From Acidobacteriota bacterium (GTDB lineage Bacteria > Acidobacteriota > UBA6911 > RPQK01 > JAJDTT01), in the NCBI GenBank assembly GCA_965263035.1, contig OZ253580.1:2112001-2176000 (forward strand): a stretch of 64,000 nucleotides of DNA. The letters are read 5' to 3'. Below, piece by piece: positions 8,200 to 17,520 of this stretch. Position 1 is the first letter of the stretch; the number at the start of each line of letters is the position of its first letter. The position numbers and the translations under genes were made by a program. Under the pieces are notes generated by a model. The model was given only the letters and a program-made list of their open reading frames with translations, was not told the DNA's origin and did not search any database.

Positions 8200-9330
8200 T
8201 CAAAACCCTATAATGGCGGACACCCGTTCCGCCACGATTTGCGCTTCCCCCGGCGCCAACGTCGCCGGGTTGAGAAGAATGCCGGCCGGCGTCTCCGCCA
8301 CGACGATGCTGGGGTCACCCTCCCACAGCTCCGCCATCACCGGCCCGGGGCTCTTGGCGATTCGTTCCGAGTCCCACTCCACAAGAGTGAACGGCAGCCC
8401 GTCGGGATGCACGGCCAATCCCGTCGATGCGGGAGGCGAGCCTCCCTTCCACGCCCGGACACCCGGCACCTGGGACAGAGTCTCGATCATGGCGTCGGAA
8501 AGCAGACGCCACCGGTCGAACATCTTCCGCTCGAAATCAGGCTCGGACCAGAGCTCCACGGCGGTCAGCAGCCCCACGATCTCTTCCTTGCCCACCTTCA
8601 TTGGGCGCCCCACCCCGTGGTTGGGGCTGCTGTTCATGGCGCAGGCCTCCACCAGATCCTTCCGGCCCAGGATCAGCCCCGAAGACTGGGGGCCCCGCAG
8701 ACCCTTGCCGCCGCTGAATATGGTGAGATCGGCTCCCAGCTTCCAGTAGTGGCTCAGGATCGAAAAGGGAGGAAACTCGGCCGCCGCATCCACGATCACC
8801 GGGACCCCGCGGGCATGCGCCAGTTCGATGACCTGATCGATGGGCAGATCGGTGGGGGGCGAATAGGCGGGAAAGTGAACGACGGCAACCGTCTGGGGAG
8901 TGAAGGCCGCCTCCAGATGCCACGGATACACACGATTGGCCAGACCGACGGGTACGATCCTGGCTCCCGCCAGCCGAATCATGAGCTCGTAGAAGTTGAT
9001 CTGCATCCTTTGGACGATGACCTCGTCCTTCATCCCGGCGGTGCCGGGCAACTGATGGACTCGCGCGTTGCTTGATCCCGCCATGCATGCGGCCACGGAT
9101 AGCGCGACGCCGGCGGCGGCACCATTGGTGACGTAACAGGCTTCGACCCCCGCCAGCTCGGCGATCCGGTTCCCCGCCTTCTCCAGCAGTTCCGGCATGC
9201 TGACGTAGGAACGGCCGGCCTCCCGCATCGCCGCCACCACCTCCGGGAGCATGATGGACCCGCCGATGGAGGTCCCGTTGGCGGCCGCGTTGATCCGTTT
9301 CCGCACACCCAAGTGGTCGTAAACGCCCAT
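8200..9330 (-). CDS. SelA-like PLP-dependent enzyme (D-glucosaminate-6-phosphate ammonia-lyase/DgaE-like)
   Basis: INAAANGTSIGGS, VTNGAAAG, VDAAAE, FSGGKGLRGPQSSG (PLP Lys) and GRPMKVGKEEI; start taken at MGVYDHLG with GGAG RBS. Confidence 0.88.
   Translation of the reverse strand: MGVYDHLGVRKRINAAANGTSIGGSIMLPEVVAAMREAGRSYVSMPELLEKAGNRIAELAGVEACYVTNGAAAGVALSVAACMAGSSNARVHQLPGTAGMKDEVIVQRMQINFYELMIRLAGARIVPVGLANRVYPWHLEAAFTPQTVAVVHFPAYSPPTDLPIDQVIELAHARGVPVIVDAAAEFPPFSILSHYWKLGADLTIFSGGKGLRGPQSSGLILGRKDLVEACAMNSSPNHGVGRPMKVGKEEIVGLLTAVELWSEPDFERKMFDRWRLLSDAMIETLSQVPGVRAWKGGSPPASTGLAVHPDGLPFTLVEWDSERIAKSPGPVMAELWEGDPSIVVAETPAGILLNPATLAPGEAQIVAERVSAIIGF
8214..8234. other. Putative att core site TGGCGGA-CACCCGT-TCCGCCA
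   Basis: Perfect 7-bp inverted repeat around a 7-bp spacer, about 140 bp upstream of the integrase start, at the GC transition. Confidence 0.75.
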
Positions 9331-9460
9331 GGCTCTTCTCCCTTCCAAATCCCTTGCGTGAGTATAAGCCTCTATGATCGCTGCTGAGAAACAGGCCGGG
9401 GCGCCCCGGAGGGCGGACTTCCGGTCCACCATGCCTGCGTTCCGCCGTGCGCCGTCGGGA

Positions 9461-9541
9461 GTTCGGCGGCTGGAAACCGCCGTTCCCGTTCGGCGGCTGG
9501 AAACCGCCGCCCCTGTTCGGCGGTTGGAAACCGCCGCTCCT
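9461..9541 (+). repeat. Three tandem 27-bp REP-like hairpins GTTCGGCGG(C/T)TGGAAACCGCCG
   Basis: Copies at 9461, 9488 and 9515; related single copies near 29655-29688 and 44186-44214. Confidence 0.85.
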
Positions 9542-9562
9542 GGCGCTAACATTGTCCATACC

Positions 9563-10762
9563 ATGAATCGTCGCTATTGGCTCCGCATGGGGGCCGCCGC
9601 GGGAGCTATCTTGGGTCTTGACTCCCTTTTCACCACCCAGCACACGAGCGCGGCCGCCGTCGGTCCCAACGACAAGATCAAAGTGACCAAGATCGAGACC
9701 TTCGTGCTGACCAACTCCTGGGTCTTCGTCAAGGTGTCCACCGACGCCGGGATCGTGGGCTGGGGCGAGATGCTCAAGGACGACGCCAAGGCCTGCGCCG
9801 CCGGGGCTCTGGAGGTCGGTGACTATCTGGTGGGCCAGGATCCCTGCCGGGTCGTGCACCACTGGCAGGCCATCCACCGCGGCGCCTTCTACCGCGGCGG
9901 TCCCATCAAGACGGCGATCCTGAGCGGCATCGACCAGGCGCTCTGGGACATCAAGGGGAAGGTCTACGGCGTCCCGGTCTACAAGTTGCTGGGAGGGCCC
10001 ACTCGGGACCGCGTCCGAGTCTATGGGAAAGTCAGCGAGGAGACCGGCGTCAATGCGATGAAGGTCGGTCCAAACGCCATGGGACGCGCGCCGACCAAGT
10101 ACATCGAAGGCCAGAGATTCGTGGATGCCGTGGTGGAGAACTTCCGGGCGCTGCGCGAGAAGTATGGAGACGGCGTCGACATCGGCCTGGACTTCCACGG
10201 CGCCGTTCAGCCGCCGACGGCCATGCTCCTGGTCAAGGCGCTGGAACCCTACAATCCCTGGTTCTACGAGGAGGTCGTGCAAGCGCTCAACGTGGACGTG
10301 ATGGCCGAGATCGCCGCCAAGACCCACATCCCGCTGGCGACGGGCGAGCGCATCTTCACCAAATGGGGATTCCGCGAGATCCTGGAAAAGCGCGCCGCCC
10401 AGATCCTGCAGCCGGACGTCTGCTACGCGGGCGGCATCACCGAGCTCAGGCTAATCGCCGGCATGGCCGAGGCGTACTACTCGCCTCTGGCGCCCCACAA
10501 TCCCAGCGGCCCAGTGTCGCAGGCCGCGAGCCTCCAGATCGCAGGGTGCATCCCCAACTTCATGATCCAGGAGCGCGGCGACGTGGAGCACGATCTGCTG
10601 GCCAAACCGCTGGCCCCGGTCAGGAACGGACACCGCCCGTTGCCGACGGATCCCGGTCTCGGCATCACCATCGACGAGGACAAGTTGATGGCGAGGGTCG
10701 GCGAACCCCGCGAGGGCCGGACCATTTACGATGCGGACGACGGGTCGGTCGTCGACTGGTAG
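9563..10762 (+). CDS. Mandelate racemase/galactonate dehydratase (DgoD-like) enolase-superfamily enzyme with Tat-like leader
   Basis: TDAGIVGWGE, SGIDQALWDIKGK, LDFHG, YEE, ATGER, QPD..YAGGITE and APHNP motifs; MNRRYWLR leader. Confidence 0.9.
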   Translation: MNRRYWLRMGAAAGAILGLDSLFTTQHTSAAAVGPNDKIKVTKIETFVLTNSWVFVKVSTDAGIVGWGEMLKDDAKACAAGALEVGDYLVGQDPCRVVHHWQAIHRGAFYRGGPIKTAILSGIDQALWDIKGKVYGVPVYKLLGGPTRDRVRVYGKVSEETGVNAMKVGPNAMGRAPTKYIEGQRFVDAVVENFRALREKYGDGVDIGLDFHGAVQPPTAMLLVKALEPYNPWFYEEVVQALNVDVMAEIAAKTHIPLATGERIFTKWGFREILEKRAAQILQPDVCYAGGITELRLIAGMAEAYYSPLAPHNPSGPVSQAASLQIAGCIPNFMIQERGDVEHDLLAKPLAPVRNGHRPLPTDPGLGITIDEDKLMARVGEPREGRTIYDADDGSVVDW

Positions 10763-10826
10763 TCCTCCCATCCCCGGGCCGCCGACCGCACAGCGGCTGG
10801 AGAGAACTCAAGACCGGAAAGAAACA

Positions 10827-12068
10827 ATGACCAAAGTGAACCTCTTGACCGCTGTTCCGTTCCTCCTTCTCATCCTTCCCGTCCAAGCCAAGGAAAAGCT
10901 CATGATCCTGAGCTGGGGGGACGTCATCTGGCAACACAAAGGGGAGGGGACGGCTCAACTCGACACTCCCGAAAAAGTGGCCGAGGCGGCCCGGATCTGG
11001 AAGGAGCGGGGAGTGGACCGGGTCCTGTTCCGGGCCGACGACTTCCGAGTCCTCCTCTTTCACCGCATCCGGCCCGGCTACAACAACGCCTACGCCCAGG
11101 AGTGGTTGGAGACGACCAAGCGAGCCTGGGAACAGGGGTTGCTGGAGGTCGCCGTCAAGGCCATCCACGAGCAGGGCATGAAGGTCGACATGTGGATCAC
11201 CATCTTCGATGAGGGGTGCCCGGAGCACGTTCTCTACAGCGATTCCGATTTTTTCTCCTGGCAATCGCATTTCACCCGGGAGAACCCGCACGTCCTCTCC
11301 GCCGACCGGTCTCTGACCGCCAATCAACGAAAAGTTCACTGGGGCGTGATGGAGTATGCCTACCCCGAGGTGAGGGGCTACATGCTGAGCGTGATCCGCG
11401 CTTTCTCCGATCCTCTGGATTTCGATGGTGTCTTCCTCAGCGTGCGCTCCCATTCGCCGCCTGCCGAACACGCCGACCAGTTCGGGTTCAACGAGCCCGT
11501 CGTCAAGGAGTTTCAGCGCAGATACGGCAGGAACATTCTCCAGACCAGCTTCGATCTGGAGAAGTGGCGGGAGCTCCGGGGCGAGTACCTGACCCAGTTT
11601 CTCGGTGAGGTGAAGGAGCACCTCCGGAAGAAGAGGCAGACCCTTTCCATCGGCGTGGCGCAGGGAGACCATATCGGTCCTCCTTTCGGCAACATGAAAC
11701 TGCAATGGCGCCGGTGGATCTCCGAGGGGATCATCGACTCCCTGGTGGTGGGTCATATCACCAACGAGAGAGCCCGTTATCCCAACCGCACCCAGAGAGC
11801 CATGGGGTACATCCAGAACCAGGAAGAGGACATGGGCCTTCCGCCCATCGAGGACGCCGTGCGTTTGAGCTACGGTCCGCTCTGCAAGCGTTTCGGAGTG
11901 GGCCTCTACCTGGCACCCGGAGGTTTCCGCATGAGCTTCCGCCATCCCGCCTACGGAAGAGGCTCGCAGACGCCCGAGGTCCGCAAGAGCCTCGACGAGG
12001 CGTTCGAGAAAGAGCCCGCCGTGACGGGAACCGTCCACAGTTATGGGTCGGTCATGGAAGAACGGTAG
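10827..12068 (+). CDS. Secreted GH10-like (DUF187-type) TIM-barrel protein
   Basis: Signal peptide; AIHEQGMKV..W, EYAYPEVR.Y and DFDGVFL motifs. Confidence 0.6.
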   Translation: MTKVNLLTAVPFLLLILPVQAKEKLMILSWGDVIWQHKGEGTAQLDTPEKVAEAARIWKERGVDRVLFRADDFRVLLFHRIRPGYNNAYAQEWLETTKRAWEQGLLEVAVKAIHEQGMKVDMWITIFDEGCPEHVLYSDSDFFSWQSHFTRENPHVLSADRSLTANQRKVHWGVMEYAYPEVRGYMLSVIRAFSDPLDFDGVFLSVRSHSPPAEHADQFGFNEPVVKEFQRRYGRNILQTSFDLEKWRELRGEYLTQFLGEVKEHLRKKRQTLSIGVAQGDHIGPPFGNMKLQWRRWISEGIIDSLVVGHITNERARYPNRTQRAMGYIQNQEEDMGLPPIEDAVRLSYGPLCKRFGVGLYLAPGGFRMSFRHPAYGRGSQTPEVRKSLDEAFEKEPAVTGTVHSYGSVMEER

Positions 12069-12107
12069 CGGATTCCTTCCGTCGGGCGCGGCGCCGGCCG
12101 AGCCCGG

Positions 12108-12833
12108 TCACCGCATGTCGGCGACCCGGGCCTCGATCCGGAGAACGTCCATGGAGAGCCGTCCCGTCACCTCTTCTCCTTCGGGAAATCCGATGAACGA
12201 GAAGCCGTAGCTCACACACTCCCGCAGCACCCGGTCCAGGCTGGCCGGGCCGGTCCAAGCCCAGGTTCGGGTCCATTTGGACTCGTCGTTCTCCAGGACG
12301 AAGGTATGGCGCTTGCCCCAGGTTCCCTGGGAAATGGGTAGGGGATGGTCCGTGAAGTGCCAGCGGTTGTTTCCGATGTGAGCCCAGAAGTAGCACTGGG
12401 CGCCCTTGAGGTCCAGGCCGTCTCCCCGGAGGTTCACGGAAATCCGCGCCCCGCGCAGATCCAGCTTGGGGCCGCCCACCCACCTGCGGTAGAAGATGAG
12501 GGCCAGAATGGAGTTGGGCTGCTCCGGCGTGTCGATTCTCCAGCGGGAGTCGTCGGTCCAGATGAATCCCGAACCGAAGGCGCCTCCCTTGGGTTCCCAG
12601 CTCACCGGGTAGAAGACGTCGGAACCGCTCTCGATGCCGCCGTCGTAGTCGTAGCTGTGCCAGCCCTCGCTCTTGCCCAGGCTGTCGAAACCGCTGTAGA
12701 GGATGAGCTTGGCTCCCGGCGGTCCCGGCTGGGAGGACATCCGCTCCGGACGGGAGGGCGGCCGGCATCCTCCCGCCAAACAGAGCAGGACCAGACAAAT
12801 CGCCCATCTGAGTCCACCCGGCTCGCGAATCAT
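12108..12833 (-). CDS. Hypothetical lipoprotein, possibly carbohydrate-binding-like
   Basis: LLCLAGGC lipobox-like leader; Trp-rich beta-strand pattern; directly follows the sulfatase. Confidence 0.6.
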   Translation of the reverse strand: MIREPGGLRWAICLVLLCLAGGCRPPSRPERMSSQPGPPGAKLILYSGFDSLGKSEGWHSYDYDGGIESGSDVFYPVSWEPKGGAFGSGFIWTDDSRWRIDTPEQPNSILALIFYRRWVGGPKLDLRGARISVNLRGDGLDLKGAQCYFWAHIGNNRWHFTDHPLPISQGTWGKRHTFVLENDESKWTRTWAWTGPASLDRVLRECVSYGFSFIGFPEGEEVTGRLSMDVLRIEARVADMR

Positions 12834-12849
12834 TTCCGCACCTCCATTC

Positions 12850-14310
12850 TCATCCCTGGAACGGCAGGACGGCCCACTTCTCGCCATGCCGCCGCAGCCA
12901 GGTGACCAGCTCTCCGCGCAACCGGTCCGTGACGCCCGCCAGAGCCGGGTCGCCGATCCGGTTGCGATGCTCGGTGGGATCGGTCTGCAGATCCCAGAGC
13001 TCGTTGGGACCGAATCCCTGGTTGCGCATCACGTACTTGTAACGAGGTTCCCGAACACAGCAGGTGTTTCCCAGATAGGCGTAGACGCGGTCTACCCACC
13101 CGGCGGGCCTTCGACCCTGCAGCAACGGCCGGCAGCTGCGGCCGCAATAGTTGCCCTCCCGCGGAAGCCGGATGTCCAGCAGATCGCAGAGGGTGGGGAG
13201 GACGTCGTAGAAGCTGACCAGTTCGCGGCGCACCGCGCCGGCCTCGATCCTTCCCGGCCAGCGCCACAACGTGGGAACCTTCAGGACCTCCTCGTACATG
13301 ACCGGCGGCCACGCCGCCTCCCCCTTGCTCCAGAGGCCGTGTCGTCCGTGCAGGTAGCCATTGTCGCCCACGAACAGCACCAGCGTGTTCTCGGCGAGCC
13401 CATTTTCATCCAGGTAGTCCAGCATCCAGCCGATCCTGTCGTCGAGGGCGGTGGTGGAGGCGGCGGCTCCCCGCATGTTGGTGACCGGATCGTCCATCAA
13501 ATCCGCCTCGCGCAGGGCGTCCCGGCGCTTGGGCTCGAAACCCACCGACTCGAAGTCCTCTTCGGCGTACATGTCGTAGTACTGCTGGGGATGACCCGCG
13601 TACGGGGTGTGCGGGTTGAAGTGCGACAGGGTGAGAAACCAGGGCTCCCGCCGGTTTCGCACCTGCTCCAGAAAACGGACCCCTTCCTGCTGGATGAGGT
13701 CGGCGATGTAGCCCTTTTCGGTCACCGGCTCCGTCCCCCGGAACATGTTGGGGTCCTGGTACCGGTTGGGCCGGTTCTGGGTGTACCAGAATCCGTATCC
13801 ATGTTGGGGCCGGCCGTTGTCTCCCAGGTGCCACTTGCCGCTGTGGCCACACTCGTACCCCGAGTCCTTCAAGAGGTCGGAGATGAAGATCTCCTCTCGC
13901 CAGCTCCGGGGAAGCCGCGCCTGTCCCTGAGGCGGATTGGCAATGGGCCGCGGCGTGAGCCAGTCGTGGATCCCGGTCTGGGGAGGAATCCGCCCCGTCA
14001 TCAGCGTGGCCCGGCTGGGAGAGCAGATGGGGGTGCAGACGAAACCATTCTCGAACCGGGTGCCACCAGCCGCCAGCCGATCGATGTGGGGAGTTCGGAT
14101 CACCCGATTGCCGTAACACCCGGTCATCCAGGCTGCCAGATCATCGGCGATGATGAGCAGGACGTTGGGACGCCGGTCCCGGCCCCGGAGCAGGGCGGGC
14201 GCCCCCAGGGCGGCCCCCGTCAAGACCCCGGCCGTCTTCAGGACGTCCCGGCGAGATCGCCTCCTAGCGTGGGCGGGCCTGTTTCGGCTGGGTCGAGGCT
14301 CTGAACTCAT
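12850..14310 (-). CDS. Formylglycine-dependent sulfatase with Tat signal
   Basis: SRRDVLK; RPNVLLIIADD; CSPSRATLMTG; GKWHLG; GDNG; ELWDLQTDP. Confidence 0.95.
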   Translation of the reverse strand: MSSEPRPSRNRPAHARRRSRRDVLKTAGVLTGAALGAPALLRGRDRRPNVLLIIADDLAAWMTGCYGNRVIRTPHIDRLAAGGTRFENGFVCTPICSPSRATLMTGRIPPQTGIHDWLTPRPIANPPQGQARLPRSWREEIFISDLLKDSGYECGHSGKWHLGDNGRPQHGYGFWYTQNRPNRYQDPNMFRGTEPVTEKGYIADLIQQEGVRFLEQVRNRREPWFLTLSHFNPHTPYAGHPQQYYDMYAEEDFESVGFEPKRRDALREADLMDDPVTNMRGAAASTTALDDRIGWMLDYLDENGLAENTLVLFVGDNGYLHGRHGLWSKGEAAWPPVMYEEVLKVPTLWRWPGRIEAGAVRRELVSFYDVLPTLCDLLDIRLPREGNYCGRSCRPLLQGRRPAGWVDRVYAYLGNTCCVREPRYKYVMRNQGFGPNELWDLQTDPTEHRNRIGDPALAGVTDRLRGELVTWLRRHGEKWAVLPFQG

Positions 14311-14389
14311 AGGCAAGATCCCGGTCCGAACGTTACACTGGACGGTGTCTCCCGCCAAGGGCCTCAAGGAGTCTGGTACAAGTGAAGTC

Positions 14390-15907
14390 ATGAGCCGGAC
14401 GAACTTCAGTCCGCTTCCATTGCTGCTCCTGTGTTTCCTGTCCGGTTACGGAAACCCTTCCCCTGACGGAACCGTCATCGACGTCGGATCGAAGAAACAG
14501 CTCTTCATCGACGACCTGTTCATCGCATCCTGGCACGGCATCCGGCTGACTGTGAACCCGCCTCAAAAGACCCGGGAGCGGAACCTCGTACCCGACCCGG
14601 ATCGTCCCTGGGAAGCGGTCCGCGTGGCCTATCCCTGTACCGTCATGGAGGACCAGGGAAAATACCGGATGTGGTATGACGCCATGCACCACCGTCAACC
14701 GGAGGATCAGCTCCCCTACCGAGTCGTCTGCTACGCCGAATCGGACGACGGGATTCACTGGCGCAAGCCCATCGTGGGCGCCTTTGAGTTTCGGGGCTCC
14801 AAACAGAACAACATCTCGATTCCGACGGCTCCGGGAAGCGTGTTCATCGATCCCGACGCCCCGCCGGAGGAGCGTTACAAGTATTTCGGAAGAAACCGGG
14901 TGGCCATGCTGGAGGACCGGGTCGCCGGAGCCGGATCCTGGATCTACGCGTCCGCCGACGGACTCAGCTTCAAGCCGCTGTACGGAAGGCCGGCCACGCG
15001 CCAGATCAGCGACACCCACGACGTGGCTTTCTGGGACCCGGTCATCGGCAAGTACGCCGCCTACACCAAGTACGTCGGCCACTTCGATTCCCGGGGCGCG
15101 CTCGTGCGGCCGGAACTCCCCACCGGCGTCCGGAAGGGCCGGAAGATCTGGCGCATGACGACCGATCGCCTGGACCGGTGGCCTGCCGCCAGGATCGTCC
15201 TGGCCATGGACGCGGAGGACCGCCGGGACGCCGACTTCTACAACTCCGCCGCCATCCGGTACGCCTACGCCGATCGGGCCTATTTCGTCTTTCCCAGCGC
15301 CTACTACCACTTTGTGGGCGAGTCGGCGCGGCGCAACGACGGCCCTATGGACATTCAATTGGCGCTGAGCCGCGACGGTGTCCACTTTTCGCGCCCCTCC
15401 CGGAGTCCCTTCGTGCGAAGAGGCCGGGAAGGGTCCTATGACGGCGGTCACATGTACATGGGCCGGGGCATGCTGCGCCGGGGGGACGAGTTGTGGATGT
15501 ACTACGTGGGATTCGACTACACCCACGGCGACAGGGACGCGCTGGACCAGGGAGGCAACGGGGTGATCAGCCGGCTCGTCCTGAGGCTGGACGGCTTCGT
15601 GTCCGCCGACGCGGACTATGGCGGCGGAGAGATCATCAGCCGGCCGATCCGCTTCCAGGGCGACCGCCTCGAGTTGAACATGGATGCCGGAGCCGGCGGA
15701 TCGGTCCGGGTCGCGCTGCTGGATCCGGAAGGGGAACCGATCCCGGGCTACACCTTGGAGGAGTCGCACGTGCTGGGCGGAAATTCGGTCAGGCGTCTCG
15801 TGACTTGGCGGTCGGGATCGGATCTTTCCGCCCTCTCGGGGCGGCCGGTGCGCCTCCATTGGAAGCTCCGGGACGTGAAACTGTACGCCTTTCAGTTCCG
15901 GAACTGA
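14390..15907 (+). CDS. Secreted glycoside-hydrolase-like beta-propeller protein (paralogue 1)
   Basis: QLFIDD, DRPWE, YRMWY, YAESDDGIHW, LRLDGFVS and C-terminal LSALSGRPVRL..LYAFQF. Confidence 0.8.
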   Translation: MSRTNFSPLPLLLLCFLSGYGNPSPDGTVIDVGSKKQLFIDDLFIASWHGIRLTVNPPQKTRERNLVPDPDRPWEAVRVAYPCTVMEDQGKYRMWYDAMHHRQPEDQLPYRVVCYAESDDGIHWRKPIVGAFEFRGSKQNNISIPTAPGSVFIDPDAPPEERYKYFGRNRVAMLEDRVAGAGSWIYASADGLSFKPLYGRPATRQISDTHDVAFWDPVIGKYAAYTKYVGHFDSRGALVRPELPTGVRKGRKIWRMTTDRLDRWPAARIVLAMDAEDRRDADFYNSAAIRYAYADRAYFVFPSAYYHFVGESARRNDGPMDIQLALSRDGVHFSRPSRSPFVRRGREGSYDGGHMYMGRGMLRRGDELWMYYVGFDYTHGDRDALDQGGNGVISRLVLRLDGFVSADADYGGGEIISRPIRFQGDRLELNMDAGAGGSVRVALLDPEGEPIPGYTLEESHVLGGNSVRRLVTWRSGSDLSALSGRPVRLHWKLRDVKLYAFQFRN

Positions 15908-15968
15908 GCCTTCTTCGGACGATCCGGCACGGGCGGGACTTCCGCGCCGCAAATCGGCCCCGCCAATG

Positions 15969-17459
15969 TCACGGCAGGAACTGGAGGGCGTAGAGATCGG
16001 CGTCCTTCAGCAAAAACCGGAGACGGACGGTTTTGCCGGACAGGGAGCTCAGATCGCTCGTCCCCTTCCAGCTCACGGCCTGTTCCACCGAGTCTCCGAA
16101 CAGCTCCCGGGAGTCCTGCAGCGAGTATCCCGGGATCGGGCGGCCCGTCTCGTCCTGGATCTCGACCCGGAGGCTCCCCGCGGCCGAGGTGGAGTAGTTC
16201 AGGACCAGGCGGGAGCCGCTGAAGCGAATGAGCCGTGTGGTCATTCCGCCGCCGGCCAGAGGCGCCCGTACCGAGACGAAGCCGTCCAGACGGTAGGTGT
16301 AACGCCGCAGGCGGCTGGCCGGCCCCGTGTAGTATCCCTCAGTGACGTAGATGGAAAGCTGATCCGGTTCGCCCGCTACGGACGAGGGAAGTGTGAGGAT
16401 TCCCCAGCCGATCATGTTGTTGCGGGTCACCCAGCGTTCCGGCTGAAGTCCGGGGCGGACGACCGCTTCTCCCCAGCGGTGGAAGTGAATGCCGTCCCGG
16501 CTGCTCATGAAGACCCCGTCCGAAACTCCTGAGAATTCCCGGTCCTGGTTTCTTTCGGGAACGAACCGTTTGGGAAACCCCAGATAGATGTGGGGAGCGC
16601 GGGCGTAGGGACGGATCTGGTTGGTGTACAGATGCTCCACCGGGGCTCCCGGATACTCCAGGAAGACCGGCTCGGTCCAGGTCAGGAAGTCGCGGGAGAC
16701 GGCGGTCTTGACGTCACGGACCCGCTGCCCCGCGGGATGGGTGCGCGCGCTCCGGAGATAACAGACGTAACGGCCCCTCAGACTGTCCCAGAAAGCCAAG
16801 TTCTGGGAGTCGAGGGTCATGTCCCCCTTGGGAATCACCGGCTCCTTGGCCAGGAGGGACCAGTGGATGCCGTCAGGCGACTTCAGGGCGTAGACGCCGT
16901 CGTCGCCCCGGGCGATCGACTTGTACCGGGCGTCAGGGGCGGCGGCCGGGTTGGTGTCCTTGAAGACCGCCATGGGATTCCGCTGTTCCGAGTCGGCCCC
17001 GGGGTCGTCCATCCAGACGATGTTGTTGGCGCGGGACCCTTCGTACTCGAACTGGCCCAGGTTGGGGCGGGTCCAGTGAATGCCGTCCCGGCTCTCGGCG
17101 TAGCAGACCAACACGTGCCGGACCTTCTGCCCCGGCTGGTAGTGCCGGCCCCCGTAGTACATGCGGTAGCGGTCGCCATCCCGGAACAGGGTGTGGTGGG
17201 CGGTGAGGTTCCCCTCCCAGGGAGCGTCGTGCACCAGGACCACCTCCCGGCGTTGGGGCTGGTGGAGCTGGAGGCGTGCGTCTCCGTTCAGCGAATGGAT
17301 CAGGAACCGGTCCACCAGAGGTTCCAGGCGGGAACCCAGGGCGATGGGCTCGGAGGGCGGCCCAGACGCCAACGCCACGGCGAAAACAGCCATGCAGACT
17401 CCGCCAGCAACCGACCGATGGCGGAATGAATTGAGGGGACCACCCCGGAATCGGACCAT
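15969..17459 (-). CDS. Secreted glycoside-hydrolase-like beta-propeller protein (paralogue 2); start uncertain
   Basis: DAPWEG, YRMYY, YAESRDGIHW, DSQN.AFWD, EHLYTN, RAPHIYLGFPKRF and RLDGFVS. Confidence 0.8.
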   Translation of the reverse strand: MVRFRGGPLNSFRHRSVAGGVCMAVFAVALASGPPSEPIALGSRLEPLVDRFLIHSLNGDARLQLHQPQRREVVLVHDAPWEGNLTAHHTLFRDGDRYRMYYGGRHYQPGQKVRHVLVCYAESRDGIHWTRPNLGQFEYEGSRANNIVWMDDPGADSEQRNPMAVFKDTNPAAAPDARYKSIARGDDGVYALKSPDGIHWSLLAKEPVIPKGDMTLDSQNLAFWDSLRGRYVCYLRSARTHPAGQRVRDVKTAVSRDFLTWTEPVFLEYPGAPVEHLYTNQIRPYARAPHIYLGFPKRFVPERNQDREFSGVSDGVFMSSRDGIHFHRWGEAVVRPGLQPERWVTRNNMIGWGILTLPSSVAGEPDQLSIYVTEGYYTGPASRLRRYTYRLDGFVSVRAPLAGGGMTTRLIRFSGSRLVLNYSTSAAGSLRVEIQDETGRPIPGYSLQDSRELFGDSVEQAVSWKGTSDLSSLSGKTVRLRFLLKDADLYALQFLP

Positions 17460-17520
17460 CTCGTTCCTAGCGGCACAGAATACGGGAAGGAAGGCGGCGT
17501 TGCATGTACAATTCCGAACC

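Larger units (their letters stand above)
1..8234. mobile_element. Right part of an integrase-encoding genomic island carrying type I-E CRISPR-Cas; left end outside window
   Basis: P4-like integrase and AlpA beside an inverted-repeat core site at 8214-8234; AT-rich segment 8076-8213 and visibly lower GC left of the site. Confidence 0.8.

Noticed and set aside
8190-8300. tRNA gene as the integrase target (TGGCGGA resembles a reverse tRNA 3' end)
   Set aside because: No cloverleaf or T-loop; the sequence is the coding 3' end of the SelA-like gene
8200-9330. True selenocysteine synthase selA
   Set aside because: Shorter than SelA, no selB/selD/tRNA-Sec nearby, and sugar-acid context fits the DgaE-like subfamily
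9461-9541. Possible CRISPR array
   Set aside because: 27-bp units are contiguous with no unique spacers; better explained as REP-like tandem hairpins
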